A DNA stretch of 58,129 nt, counting the filler, from Dugesia japonica (taxonomy: Eukaryota), in NCBI GenBank assembly GCA_001938525.1. It is 6 parts of 6 records of this genome, joined end to end, with 100 filler letters (N's around TTAATTAATTAA, not from the genome) between each part and the next. Parts side by side here need not be neighbours in the genome. Positions count along the whole stretch, not along the records: positions 30,290 to 39,262 come from MQRL01620452.1; positions 39,363 to 47,854 come from MQRL01476914.1; positions 47,955 to 58,129 come from MQRL01602297.1; 3 more parts are not named here. One strand, given 5' to 3'. Both the position numbers and the translations under genes were made by a program. Below are positions 36,826 through 51,170 of the stretch, piece by piece (positions within the stretch are counted from its first letter, which is position 1; each line of letters opens with the position of its first letter). The notes beneath the pieces were generated by a model, which saw only the letters and a program-made list of their open reading frames with translations, made no database searches and was not told the DNA's origin.

Positions 36826-39185
36826 GTTAGTTACAAATAAACTTTCTGAAAAGTCCATTAAATTCAATAAAATTTTTTTTATGAAACAAAATTTAAAATC
36901 TTCAAATCTTATTTTTAAATACTGAATATTTAAACAACGATTTTAAATATTTTAAAAAATTCTTGAAAACATTTATAACATTTTCTTCTTTAAACTTTCA
37001 ATTTTAATTTTCAATTTTTAATTCTTACAGTACGTATGCATAAATTTATATATAGTCTACGTAACAATATGATTATAAGTGAGAACCAGTAAAAAATAGA
37101 AGTCTAGAAATACTATAAAAGTTTAAGTTAGATTAGTATTGGATTGAATTGTTTTAATTTAAACTTTTTTTACATTACACCTGATATTTATACAAATTAT
37201 TTTGTGTATCGTATAGAAAATACGATCTTTGGAAATTGCTTATTGTTAAATCTAAAACAAATCCCATGTGACATTGGCTCAAAATTAATTTCTCCAACAT
37301 GATTGGCGTAGAGAACTTAATTTATACGTACACATAGGGAATCCCAAAATGTACGGGGTACAACAGAGTAGAGAGATTATGAAAGTTTATTATTTTGCTT
37401 ACATTACATATGGATACCAATTTGTATTAAAAAAAAAGTACTGAATATTTTTATGTTAATTTAGTATTATAAATTTCTTTAAAATTTTCCAGAGTTTTCT
37501 GTTTCATAATATTTAAAATAAATTATTACTCATTTCCTCATTTACAAATTGAAAAAGATCCTAATTTTAATTTTAGTAAATAATAAGTTTATTTATAATA
37601 GTAAATAAAAATCAATATATAAAAATAGACAAAATTAATATTAAAATTTAAATAATATCAAAAGTTTAAGGATTATGTGTGCACCATGTGTGTTATTATA
37701 AACTTATGAAATCCTTAAAGTTTGATTAAATAAAATAGAAAATTAAAGTAAAATTAAATTAATTAAATAAAATAATTAGATTAACTGAATTAACTGTTTA
37801 ATTAATTTCAATTTCAAAAGCGTCGTAAAACATTAAATTTAGAAACTTGCATCTATTTTTTATATTAAAAAGAATATATAATGCAACATCAAAGATACAA
37901 AGATATTACATAAAAGAAAGATAAAAAACAAATGAAATATTAGAAAACCTTTGAACAATAAGAGAATTGCACAAGTAAAGTAGAATGCAAGAAAGAATTG
38001 GTGTATATAGAAAGAAATAAGACGAAAAATAAAGGAAATACATGACGATAAGATTATCACAAATCCATAGAAATTACAATAAAGTAAGATTAATTAATAA
38101 TTTTGAAAATTAGAAAAGAAAAAAACTTAATCTTTTCATATAGTAATTAAAGAAAAACATTTTTTAAAGTTCTAAATTTATTCATAAATACATTAAAACT
38201 TCATTATGGTATAGAATTATTTATAACAGTTGATATAAACCCATATCATATTCACTACATTTGTATTTTGTTTGTTTAATATACTTTTCTCGCTTTTTTG
38301 TATTTCTACATTCAGAATATATGTAATATTTAAGAGGCAATTCTAATTTATTATTTTTTTAGCTAAAAATTAAATTTTATAATATTTGTGGGTTACAAAA
38401 AAAGTTTCATAAAAAAATGACAAATCTAGAGACACTTGTGTTGCGTGTTTCATTAATATATTTAGCTACTAAATTATTGTAGACTATAAAATTTAGAAAC
38501 AAATCACAAGAATAATACGAATAACAATAACAACAACAATAACAAATAATTGGAGAACCTCTATTAACCAACAATAAAAACTTTTTTACTTGAATTTACA
38601 ATGGGTGGATTTAAAATAAATAAATTAATATAAATGAATAAAATAGATTTCTTAGTAAGTAAGAAATAGTTTATGCCTTAGACAACTATTTCAATTAAAT
38701 TAAAATAATTTGTTGAAACTTTATTTAATTTATAAATTGTTGAGATATATAAATTATAGAAAAATGTATTTTTAGATTTTTAAAAAAAATATATTAAGTT
38801 AATTTTAATGTTAAATGTTTATGGAAAATTTTGAATAAATAAAGCTTTCAACTTCTAACTTTTTAAGAAACTAAATTAAAGGAAACTAAATATGAACAGG
38901 AATTATTAGTTATGTTCCAAATGAGAAATTTCATAAATTACACGACAAATAGTGAAATGAATTGACAAATCTCAAATTTCTTGATCATGTTTTTTGGAAT
39001 ATTTTATCATATTAAGGATTGTTCTAGTGATTTCTTTAATATGTTCAATCTTTTTTTATAAAATATTTTAATTTTAAATTTCCCACTTTTAGTTTATTTT
39101 TATTTAAACTTTCACAGTTCTATCTTAACACAATAATTTGATTATTTAGCATTACTTTCTGTAGTTTCTTTCATTTATTGACTTG

Positions 39186-39262
39186 AAAATATAAATATAT
39201 AAATATATAAATATATAAATATATAAATATATAAATATATAAATATATAAAAATATAAATAT
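39186..39262. repeat. (AAATATAT)n tandem repeat
   Basis: About nine 8-nt units running into the contig end. Confidence 0.9.
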
Positions 39263-39362
39263 NNNNNNNNNNNNNNNNNNNNNNNNNNNNNNNNNNNNNN
39301 NNNNNNTTAATTAATTAANNNNNNNNNNNNNNNNNNNNNNNNNNNNNNNNNNNNNNNNNNNN
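39263..39362. other. Artificial contig-join linker
   Basis: N44-TTAATTAATTAA-N44. Confidence 0.97.
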
Positions 39363-39639
39363 AAAAAAAAATATTAAACAATAAAAAATAGTAAAAACAA
39401 ACTCTATGCTTAGTTTTAAATATTTATTTTCTTATTAAATTTTTCAGCGTAAACATTTTTACCATTTTACAATAAAGAGTTGCTTCGAAGTATAAAAATT
39501 TTTTTTAGAAAATATAAATTTATAATAATAAAGTTGATAACAAGTAATAACACATTTAAATTATAATTTTAGCATATAATACAATCGAAGCAAATAAAAT
39601 TTAATAAAACTCTTGTCGACTAATTCCTCTTTTAAGCCA

Positions 39640-40455
39640 TATTTGCATATGCCTAAACCAACCATCAAAAGAAATATCGAATTCTCTCATTACATTTTCA
39701 ATTCTTTCACAAATTTCATTTTGATTCTTAGAAGCAGGTCTAATAGAACTGTATCTTGCTTTTAAATGACCAAAGAATTCTTTAATATGATTAAATTAGT
39801 GGCAAAACGCAAATATAATTACTAATTTCCCGAGAAATACAATGCCATAATTTCGATGATAAAAAGCTACATTATCCATAATTAATATATAATATGGATG
39901 CATTGCAAAATAAATTTTTATATGTTTGTTTTTCCATTATTTCAGCTCATACGCAACTGTTCCAGTATTATTAATTGCTGCCATTAGACTCAAATTATTT
40001 CCTTGGTTTGCAAGAAAAGTAACAAAACATTTTGTATTCTTCAATAAATAACCTTAATGATTTTTAATGTGCAAATTAAATGTTACATCTTAATGTTACA
40101 AATTTAATGTTATATCTAAGAACACTGAATTTGAATAAGATACAGTATAAATTCGTCTACAATATGATTGTCGTATGACATTTGACTGAAGTGTATTTGA
40201 TGTATCGGTATCCACTATTATTCATATTTCAGACGCAAAAATGTCGTTCATACACTGTATGTAGCATATAATACTGCATCATCAGAAATGTTATTGTTAA
40301 TTTTTTACATATGGTTCTCACACCACTAGGAGAAATCTTGGCTTTTTAATCAATGTCCTCGAATTTTAATGCTTTGTTTTAAGATTTTATTACTGATTTT
40401 ATAGTCTCCTTCGTTACAGTTTTTCGTTCTTTTCTATCGTATTTTTAACTCATGA
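39640..40455 (-). pseudogene. IS630/Tc1-like transposase remnant
   Basis: ILIMDNVAF followed by FNHIKEFFGHLK (decayed DD34E: MDNA.FH...LNPIE..F..LK). Confidence 0.55.
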
Positions 40456-40559
40456 TATAATAAATTAAGAAAATTAATTAAATGTCAAATGCTAATTATG
40501 CCAATTTGTATACATTTATTAGAACAATGACGTTATATTTCATCAATACATTTTCAAAT

Positions 40560-40761
40560 ATTTCTTGCTGATGTTCGTATAACATTCTTTCGAACTGTAA
40601 AGAGGATTTCTACATCAACCGCATACATTTCTATGCACATCCTTCTGACGTGACCAATTGTATTACACCAAAACCTTTTGATAGCTTCTTGTCTAGACAA
40701 TTTCTACTTAATTGTCCTTTCCTGTGGCAAGTCCAGCATTTTACTTGTGAACTTTTGGGAC
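40560..40761 (-). pseudogene. Gypsy gag zinc-knuckle piece (family of 19400-19580)
   Basis: VKCWTCHRKG; nucleotide similarity to 19400-19580. Confidence 0.7.
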
Positions 40762-43755
40762 TGCGATATTTTTAAATTATGATAATAATTAAGTATATCT
40801 AAATTCAAATTATTGAATCTTTAAAATTAAATATTCAAAATATTAAAATGAATTTTATTTGTTTTAATATTGATATTTTATGAAATATAATTTTAACTTG
40901 TTAAATATCTTATTATTTAATATTTAAATTTATATAACATGGCGTAAAATGAGCAGAAACCTTTCCTGCAGAAATTTATGTTTAAAAAAAAGAAAGTTAA
41001 GTGGTTCAAGTTCAGAAAGAACAATGAAAGCTCAGTCAATATTTGAGAACATCTAAAGATAAATAAAATTTAATCAATAAATTTATAAATTTATACGATG
41101 CTTGTAGCATCAACGCAGAATAGAGAATTACTATTTTTAGTAAATAAATTGACTACAACTTGATGAAAAAATAAAATGTGATCCAAGCTTTGTGAGTACG
41201 AAGGCAGATATCGATTAATTGGAAAAACATCTTAACAATTTACTATGTTGATACTTAAATTATAGAGGAGAAAAAATAACCGCTTTTGCTAAGCGTTTTC
41301 GTATGGAGAGCAGTGTTTTATCTGACAAGAAATACGAAATCATGGTAAAAGCATTTATTAATGTCTTGGGACCTAGAAAATTGGCAAATGCACTAAAAAT
41401 ATTCGAACCAAAATTATTGGAAAATGCTGCAGAAAGTATAAAAGATGAAGAAATTACAGATGACTACGAAACAAATGAAAATATATTATATAATATGCGC
41501 CAAGAGAGTGAAACTATAAAGAATTTGAAAATTGAAATAGAAAAGATAAATAATACAATTGCCGAACTAAAGAGACACAATTACAAATCTCGTGCACCAA
41601 ATGAGTTTAATAAAAATAACAATAATAATGCACAAAGTTCTGAAAAAACCCAAAACAAGATAAATGTGGGTAGACAAGAAACAAGAACATGCTTTACATG
41701 TGGTAAAAAAGTCCATATAGCTAGAAATTGCAATATCAAAAAAGGTTTCAGGTGTGGAGGTGACCATCTTAAAAGAAACTAAAAACAAACATGTTGCAGG
41801 GATACCAGTAAAAACTATGTTTGACACGGGCGCTGATTTGAATGTTATAAGCCAGAAGTAATATGTGCAAATAGTACAACAGAAGAATGTTTGAGGAAGA
41901 TACAATTAAATATATTTAAATTTGACCTGTAATGACAGCACACGTGTTTGAAATTATACCGAATATATTTTCACATCTATATTGGATTAAGAAGCATGAA
42001 AAAATACGAAATAATGGTGGATCCAACAAATAATGGAATAATAATACAGAATGTTAAGATTCTATTTATTTCAAAAACAGTTCTGCCTGAGTCAATAAAA
42101 AACTAACACCGAACGTGTTAATAAGTTGTAATACGGAATTCGGAAAAGAAGAGACTGATGGGATTTATAATAACGATCAATATTATAGAATTGCGGTATC
42201 TGAAAACGTAGATGTAAGTAGAATTGGTGAATATTTTATTAGAGGCATAAGAATGGACCACTCAAATCATAAAATTACTTATGACACGATTAAAGAATGG
42301 ATTTTTTCTAAAGATATAGAGAAAATGAACGTGCGGAAACGTTTAGTAACAGATGAAATTACAATCAATAATAATGGATACATATGGGTAAGAATATATA
42401 TGTTATAAGGCGGATGTAAAACTCTACACGCCGGAACTACAGTCGGTTATGTAGAAGAGCTTAATCAAAATAAAGGAAGGTTTAAAAAAGCATCACTTAG
42501 ATAATGTTTATCTGAAAAACAATAAACATAGGAAGAAATTACAGACAATATACTGCAGAAAATTAAAAATGATATGAAAGTTGAAAACAATTAGTACGAT
42601 ACGGTCAAAACATTAGTAATCCTTGAAAGGAACTAAGATGTATTTAGTCGATATAAGATGGATATGGGTAAAACTGATATTATTGAACGTAACATAGAAA
42701 CAATCAATAGCATAAAAATTACTTTTAAGCCACAAAGAATATCAAAAAGACTCAAAGAAGAAGTAGAACATATGGTAAAAGATTTGATAGACACCGGTGT
42801 TGTAAATCTGAGTAAGTCCCCATAGAACTTTCCAATTGTAGTGGTGAAAACAAAAGGGTGATAACCATATGTGTGTTGACTACATGGCACTGAATGCTAA
42901 AACAAACCCACCAATATTTCCAATACCATCATTAGATGAAATATTTGACTACTGGAGATAACTATTTTTTAACCCTAGATCTTTCGAGTGGATATCACCA
43001 AGTGCCGATAGCTAAAAAGATCAGACAAACCAGCATTCAGCACGAACTTTAGACAATACGAATTTACCAGAATGCCGTTTGGAATTTGCTCAGCACCAGC
43101 AACATTTCAGCAGCTTATGAATATTGCAAAATCAAAATTAGAAAAAGTGCGTAATATGTTAAGACGATGTTTTAATATTTTTTAAAACTGTAAAAGAGCA
43201 TAATTGAAGACAAGATCAAATATTTAGAAGAATAAGAGAAATTGGACTTAAATTAGCACAAAAATAAATGTAAATGTTTACAAGAAAGAATACAATATCT
43301 CGGGCATATAATAACTCAAAATGGAATCGCAACAGATCCTGATAAGATAATGACGTACCAAAAATGTGAGATTCCTCAATGTCGACAAGAACTTCAGACA
43401 TTTTTAGGGTTTTGTAATTACTATAGGTGATTCGTAAAGAATTATGCAAATTTATAAGAACCTCTCAGTTCGATGCTAAAGAAAGAAAACAAATAAAAAG
43501 AGCGATATCAGAAGACGTTATCCAGAGAGAATGACAAGGAATCCGAATCTTCAATATCGATACAGCAAACATAGGAATTTGATATATTTAAATTATGATA
43601 ATATTTAAATATATCTAAATTAAAATTATTGAATATTCAAATTTAAATATTCAAAATATTAAAATGAATTGGATTTGTTTTAATATTGCTATTTTATGAA
43701 ATATAATGTTAACTTGTTAAATATCTTATTATTTAATATCAACATTTATAAAACA
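40762..43755 (+). mobile_element. Internally deleted Ty3/gypsy element with paired 178-nt LTRs (40762-40939, 43578-43755)
   Basis: Direct repeats TG...CA, then TGGCG PBS-like site. Gag CFTCGKKVHIARNC, protease FDTGADLNVI, RT LDLSSGYHQ...RMPFG..SAPATFQ. No RNase H or integrase. Confidence 0.9.
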
Positions 43756-43765
43756 ATGACATTTT

Positions 43766-44997
43766 TTATGTCCCCATATCTGACATGCCTAACACTCTGG
43801 CTCGGTTCATTTTGCAACTTCCTTTATATTTTGTCTTCTGTTTACAACGATATGCAAGTTTTCGGATTTGATCACGATACCACTTGTGCCCTTTCGAATC
43901 AAAAAATGCTTTACAAGCAGCTTTAATCAAACGATTAAAATCGACGTTCACGTAAAAAAGGTTCCATAGACCAAAACAAGCCGTAATCAGAAGGCACCAA
44001 GTCTGGGCTGTACGGTGGATGAAACAAAACTTCAAGTCCATCGATTTTTTCTCTCTTTTGATTTTTTCTCTCTTTTTCTTCTCTTTGATTTTCTTTCCCG
44101 TGTGTGGTTTGGTATTATCGTATAGAAGAAGATCAGGTTTGTGCGAGATCAAATTCTGTTATTTTTCCCGCAAGATCTCATAAAGAATCTCAATTGCTCG
44201 CTGTACAAATCGGCATTTATAGCACGGCCTTTACAAATAAACTCAAAATGTAAAATGCCGTCAACATCCCACCAAACAGAAATAATGATTTTCTCGCTAA
44301 ATCGATTTGGGCTGGCAACTGGGGGTGCATTTTGACCATACAGAACCCAACGCTTGGATCCATCATGATTAACCAAAAAAACCCACTTTTCGTCACATGT
44401 CACTATCTGTTTCCAGAATCGGTCCTCGAACGGGTTTTCCGGAAACTGTCGACAAATTTCAACGCGTAGTGTGGCTTGGGACTTGGTCAGCACATATAGG
44501 TCCTACCTTAGCTTTTTATGGACAAAGTTGAATTTGTGCAGGTCTTTGACAACAGTCTGCTGCGAAACATCAATTTTTTCCGCCAAGTCGCGAGTGCTTG
44601 ACAATGGTTCATTTTCCGATGCGGCATACAAGTTTGTTTCTTTCATAACATATAGGCAAACGTAACGGGTCTGATCTGCAAGATTCATGTCGCCAGATTC
44701 AAAACTTTTAAAACATCTGGAAACTGTTGATTTGTTCACAGTTCTCTCTCTTTCAGCACCATTGATTTCTCTTGTAGCGTCTCTAGTCGGTAACCTTCTC
44801 TTACAACAATATCGTAGCAGGACTCTAAGTTCCATTTTGCCAAGTACCATTTAAAGTTTTAGGAATTAACGAGAATTTAAAACAATGTAAAAATGAAATT
44901 TAAAAAATAACCTATAAAATATGCTAAACATAAAATAAAATCAGGTAATAAAATTGGCAATATAATGTGAAGCAAAACATTTTGTTCAACTTAAAAT
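43766..44997 (-). mobile_element. Mariner (DD34D) transposon with frameshifted transposase 43820-44850
   Basis: HTH N-terminus, IVTCDEKW, YDNTKPH, PYSPDLVPSDY; TIR-like TTTTGTTCAACTTAA at ~44980-44995. Confidence 0.92.
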
Positions 44998-45009
44998 TAT
45001 CATTTTTTA

Positions 45010-45225
45010 CATGATGATTTCTTTCATCAACTCACCATTTGCTAAATATTTATTGACAAAATTTTCAACTCTTTTAAAGAACACTTCAAAGTCTTCACCA
45101 ACATTTCAATAGTTTACAAGATTCTAAAAGTCTTTTATTACATCTCTTTCACTCTCAAATCTAATTGCAATCTCCCGTGATATCCGTCAGCTTTCTTCAT
45201 CAAGCATACATGTTGCTAAGCGATC
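45010..45225 (-). pseudogene. Gypsy gag N-terminal piece (family of 19850-20050)
   Basis: Nucleotide similarity, e.g. TGATATCCGTC-GCTTTCTTCA and CCATTTGCTAAA. Confidence 0.65.
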
Positions 45226-46749
45226 CTAATCTTTCTTTTTAACGATGTCCTTCGTATCGAAGTATATTTCTCTTCGTTTTATATAATTCGCATAGCTTTT
45301 GCAAAATATTTTTAGCAAGAATCTCTCTGTGATCGCATCGGTGTTTACTGCTATCACAATGCTAGATGAGATTGTAATACAAATCGACTTGGTTCCATTA
45401 AAAACTTATTCACAAAACAAAATTAACCATCATTTTTTGTTTATTCAAACAAATTAAAACTCTATGATTTTATTAAAATGTTAAAAAAAGATATTCATTT
45501 CCTTATTAAAGTTTTCAGCTAAAACATTTTTTGATAATTTACCATATTAAGAAAAATCTACAAAAATATTTAAACTAATCCTTAAACTAATTCTTAATTT
45601 TTGTCTAAAAATTTAATATTCGTTGTTCACATTTTTAATTTAATTAATTACCAAATTCAAACTTTTAACTTTAAGAAATATTTAAAGATTTCGAACCAAA
45701 GCATTACAATTTCAACTCGCTTTTTAAAACACTCACAATAATAATAATTAACATGATAATAATAATAACTTAAAACACTTATAATCATAAGAGTAACCGT
45801 AAATATATTATTAACTGGATTTTGAGACGTCGAATTTAATCAAAACGACAATTTTCAAAGAAAAATAATTACTTTTGGATTATATAATGGACGCTGTCAA
45901 CTTAATTTATTCACTNNNNNNNNNNNNNNNNNNNNNNNNNNNNNNNNNNNNNNNNNNNNNNNNNNNNNNNNNNNNNNNNNNNNNNNNNNNNNNNNNNNNN
46001 NNNNNNNNNNNNNNNNNNNNNNNNNNNNNNNNNNNNNNNNNNNNNNNNNNNNNNNNNNNNNNNNAAAACCATAAATAAATGAAATATCTTGTAATATCTG
46101 GATAAAATTCTGTGATGAAACTTTGAAAAATTAAAATTTAAGTCTAAAAAATATATTTAATAAATATATAAAATAATTTATATTTATTGGTAACCATGAT
46201 AACGAGTCTAGTCAAATATTCGGGTATCTATTATATATTACAATTATCTATAACAAAAACAATAATCTAACCATACCCTATTAAGATTAGAAACTGATTA
46301 TTACACAAATAATTATATCCACAGATCAAAATTCAAGAAAATTATTACACCATATCAGCTTCTCGTTTATGAATTCAATTGGTGCCATAATTTCTCTTAA
46401 ATAACATATTTATTATCATTTATATAACAATGTTATTATATATTATTTAGACGAGAAAATTGAACACAATATGTAATTAAGTCAAACTATTATAAAAGAA
46501 AAAGCGAGAAATTCTTTTAATCACATTCAAGTAATAAATCTAATAAGCATTATACACTTAATAAACCAAATATAGTCGACAAATCAAGTAAACTCATGAT
46601 CGTCATTAAGTCAAGTACACATAATAAATCTAATACATCAATTAAACACAATATGATCACTAAATCCACTCATTTCAATCGAAATTGCAAGACTAGAAAT
46701 ATATAACAACAGTTGAAATGATAATTATAAATTTAACATAATTAATTTA

Positions 46750-47500
46750 ATTAAAATTTTCAAAATCCAAGGTTTTCTCGTGAAAAATTTAAATATTGCC
46801 GTTCTCGATGATAATTTAAATGTTAATATTTTCTGTGTAGCAACTAAACTCTAATTTTAATATTCTCCTGGGAATATTCTTTTACAAGATTAATTACTTG
46901 AGTATAACATAATTGATGCTATAATTGAATCATTTCTCCTCATTTTACCATTGCAGATGCTCCATCAATATAAATCAATATAAATTCTAAATTAAAATCC
47001 TTCAACTTATTTTTAGCAATTCCAAATAACATTGTAGATGGTTAACTGACTTTAATTCTAATCATTCCTAGATTGTTTATACCATAATCACCAATAATAT
47101 ATAAACTTATATTTGTATTCCGTCTGTATCGTTTACTAGTCCATTCATCTAACTTATACTGAATTTTCCAATCACTTAAGATACTTTACATTTCAAATTT
47201 CTGTCACCATAATTCCATGGATCAACTTCTTTATATCTGTTTTGCTTTTCAGTAGCCTTTACCCATATTTGTTTATAGATTGTCGGAGAAAATTTCTTTT
47301 TGATTTAGCACGTATTGCATAACTATTCAAAGCTATTTACTAATAAGAACTATTTCTGACAGCAATGTTCTCTTGTTTCTTTTTGTGTATTTTATCTACT
47401 TTAAAGTGATAATGAATATTGGTTATTTTTCGTTTTTCATCTCCTCATCTCTTGCCATTTTACATCAAATTCATTAATTCAATACTGTACTTTTTAACAA
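46750..47500 (-). pseudogene. hAT transposase remnant
   Basis: FSISLDEWTS, NLGMIRI, DGASAMVK. Confidence 0.7.
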
Positions 47501-47583
47501 TCATGTAACTTTTTAAAATGCTTCCATACTGCTTACTGTGACGTCAATGAAACAAAATTCATAATTTACGGGACTCGTTAATG

Positions 47584-47854
47584 AGTAGATAGATAGTGGC
47601 AGTCACCCTCTGCACACATGCAGTACCCCCCCCGCCCCCTATACGTAATCGGATTATTACATAACTGTTTTTAAATTTTTCTAATGTAAATAGGCGGTNN
47701 NACACATTTGTGTGCGTTACATAATGTAATTAATCTTGTCGCGAGATTATTACGTAAGAGAGGTTACTTTTTTCCTGTGAATTTAGTTGGGAAAATTATT
47801 TGCACACAAATTATGTCATGAGATTAATTTCATCGCCGGGAAAATTTACGTAAT
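47584..47854 (+). mobile_element. Terminal fragment of an AGTAGR-terminus element with TTACRTAA repeats
   Basis: AGTAGATAGATAGTGG, one mismatch to 7128-7143. Confidence 0.6.
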
Positions 47855-47954
47855 NNNNNNNNNNNNNNNNNNNNNNNNNNNNNNNNNNNNNNNNNNNNTT
47901 AATTAATTAANNNNNNNNNNNNNNNNNNNNNNNNNNNNNNNNNNNNNNNNNNNN
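47855..47954. other. Artificial contig-join linker
   Basis: N44-TTAATTAATTAA-N44. Confidence 0.97.
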
Positions 47955-48350
47955 TATCATAATTTTTGCACTATAAAGTACATATAAAAGGTTATTTTTA
48001 ATGTTTCTATAATATCTATTAAGATTAAATACGTCAACAGGACATAAACTAACTTTATTTTGAAATATTTATTCATAAATTAATAAATATATTAATTTTT
48101 ATTTATAAAATGTCAAAATTGATTGAAAAATTGTCAAAATATTGCAAAACCCTCTATTTANATTTTATAAATGGTTGAAATGAAACAAAATTATCTTAAA
48201 AATAATTATAATTACAAAAATTCTTTATTTTACTTATAATTCTAATAATAATTTTAATAATTATAATGATAATTTTTATAAATAAATTTCAATTTAAAAA
48301 CTAAATTAAAACTTTAAAATTTAGGAAAAAAATCTTTAAAATAAATTTAC

Positions 48351-48969
48351 CTATAAATTGTGGTTTAATGTTTCCAACATTTACGTTAGGAATGTTTGTT
48401 ACAAACCCATGAATATGCTTGTTATATTTTAATATGAGTTCCTTAGTTTTTTGATCATCACATCCTTGAGAGATTAATAAAGGCCATAATGAACTATTAG
48501 AACGATATTTAATAATTTGTTTAATAGTTCTTTCGACTCCACTGCGATTGCAAGTTATTATTAAAACCGGTATGATTGGATTTTTTTTATTTAAAAATTC
48601 TTCAGCATCAGTATTTGTTAAATTATTATTTTTATATAAATCATTAGGACTTATTCTTAATCGTCTGCCAATCAAAAATAACAGAGCTACAATATCATTT
48701 CTTACGGCACGAAGTAGAGACTCACTTTCCGGAATCTAAAAATAATTATGAAACCATTAAAATATGTAAATTCTTACAAAATTTTCAAAAATCTCTTTAT
48801 AATAGACTAATTTTTGTCGAAATGTATTCAATTTTTTGTCTTGGTTGAAATCGGTTTTTTGATAAATATTTCCAACTTTAAAATAAAGAATAATAATAAC
48901 TATTTGTAAAATTACGAATCCTGAAAAAATAATTTTTATTTTTTCTTTATACGTACTATTAAATCTCAT
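48351..48969 (-). CDS. MGAT1: Host alpha-1,3-mannosyl-glycoprotein beta-1,2-N-acetylglucosaminyltransferase (GnT-I, GT13), exons 1-2 (intron 48736-48777)
   Basis: Type II TM anchor; IIPVLIITCNR...WPLLISQGC matches GnT-I VIPILVIACDR...FPIIVSQDC; phase-0 42-nt intron. Later exons not found on this contig. Confidence 0.85.
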
Positions 48970-49434
48970 ATGACATGTAATATAAATTTAAAAAAAAATT
49001 ATTTAAAAGTGAATTTAAAATTAATTGTAAAATAAATTTAAACAAGAATTATAAAAAGAATATAAAATGAAATTGTTATTAAAATGATTTCAGAGTAATG
49101 ATTGGAATTATTATTAGTAATAATCCATAAAAAATGATTAATAGAAAAAACTAATCAGACCCAGTTAAATAGTTTGCGGATTTTATTATAGATTCACTTA
49201 GAGAACTCTATACAAGTTGTTAAATTGCAATTACTGGAAGAAATACTTCAGAAAAACATTCCGTAAAAATAAACATTAGTTTGGTGAAAAATCATATTTT
49301 TGATCTTCAAGTAAAATTTCTTATTCGGGTTTTTTAAAAAATTATTGTGATAATCGGTTTAATTATTTACAATGTATAAATACAAAAGTACAGGTAATCA
49401 TCAATATATCAGATTTATGCATATAGAATATTTT

Positions 49435-49678
49435 GATTCTAGGACTGTTCATCTAGGAAAATATTACATAAAAATAATATTTGTGTTTTGTTATAATATT
49501 GAAATTTCAAAGAGTATACAATGACCACGTACATTTATGGAATTTCAAAACCTGATAAGAAAACACTAGATTTATATACAATAGTATTAAAATTTCCTAG
49601 ATTGTCAGTTTTCTGATGAACAGTCCTCTTGATGAATGTTCTTTTGGTGGACAGTCTTAGATGAACAGTCCGCATACC
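49435..49678. mobile_element. MITE with GGACTGTTCATC inverted repeats and 8-nt target duplication
   Basis: AATATTTT at 49427-49434 and 49679-49686; GGACTGTTCATCTA / TAGATGAACAGTCC. Confidence 0.75.
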
Positions 49679-50464
49679 AATATTTTCTTGATATCGAACC
49701 ATATTTATAAACAGTTTTTAATTTCTTCCGAAATATATATTTAAAAAACTCAAAGTTTGAATTAAATATATTTTCTCGTTAAATATTCTAGTTAAAACAA
49801 TTTTCCTAATTAAAAATGGCAAAAGAGTGTTACAATAATTCGAGAATGAAAAGAATAACCGATAAATTTATGACTGCTGTAGGGTCACAAAACCGATATA
49901 ATCTGATACATACGATTAAAAATAAAGAAGTCATTACAATTGATGGATGAGGAAGGATATGAAAGTGATTTCAGAAGATAGTAACGAAACAGTAGGACTC
50001 CACAAATAGAGAAGTTGGTTGTTTGTTGAATTGTATGATTAATCTCAAAGAATCGAAAATTAGGATGATATTGGAAAAGTTGCAGAAAAATTATTCAAGT
50101 TCTAAAGAGGGAAAGATTTTGGGATCAAAGAAAAAAGAATTGATTGGAACAAGTGAGGCAGAATGAAAAACGAATATTTCGTACTGTAAATTACTAAGTA
50201 GACTAAGTGTTACGGTATCAATTCTAGGGAATAAATGGAAAGATACAAGACCTCAAATTAAGGGTAATAAGTATGGGGAATAATTGAATAGTGACAAGGG
50301 GTATGAAATAAAATAAATTTAACAACATAAAATAAGAGTTGCAGGAATTTAAATTCAAATGGCTCGGAGTATTTAAGTAAGCAGATAAAATTCCTCGGAA
50401 ACCATTACAGCCAATGGAACTATCCAAGTAAATTAGTCTATAATCATTTTAATTTATTATGAAT

Positions 50465-51170
50465 AATGAACAACTCATAAACAAGAAACCAGCAGAACGC
50501 TATCGTGTCAAATCATTCTAGAGTGACGCCAAAGAAATAGATGAATTTCTGTTAAGTTGTTAAAACCACATCAAAGTTTTCAAATGGGTCGAGGAAGATA
50601 AGGTCAACAGGATATTATTATAGTTAAAAGGAATTTCAAAATATTTCTTCCATCAACATATACGAACCACGGGAGAATAATTCAAAATATTGAAGAGATA
50701 GAACTGATAATTNGTCAAAACTTTGATGCCCCAAGAAATTTACCCAAGCATTGATGGAGCTTGCACAGTGTAAACAAATAAAAAGAAACTCCACTACTAA
50801 ATTCAGACAGCTCTTCCGAACCACGGATAAGGCTACAGATAAGAACAAACTTTACATTGAGGGAATTTAAATAAACAAAAATAGCTAGCGGTAGGTCTTC
50901 AAACCCCTCAGATATTGAAGGAAGCTATTAAAACACACCAAAAGGCCAAACAAAAATTAGAAAATTCAAACCAACAATCTAAGCCATGTGAAAATGTCGC
51001 CATAAAAGTCACTATGAATATGAGTGTCATTATAAAAAGAATAAATGTAGAAAATATGGGGTTAATGGTTATATAACGAAAGAATGTAAAAGTCTAGCAA
51101 CAGAGTGCCATTATTTTTATAAAATGGGTCATCAAATATTAAATTACCCAAAAAAGTTCAATCAGTAAAG
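50465..51170 (+). pseudogene. Ty3/gypsy gag remnant with zinc knuckles
   Basis: EIDEFLL...FKWVEEDK; CENCRHKSH..YEC-like knuckles; related to 17719-18305. Confidence 0.65.

Noticed and set aside
12232-47954. Recurring TTAATTAATTAA palindrome within N runs
   Set aside because: Identical 100-nt linker used to concatenate contigs. It is not biological, and adjacency across it means nothing.
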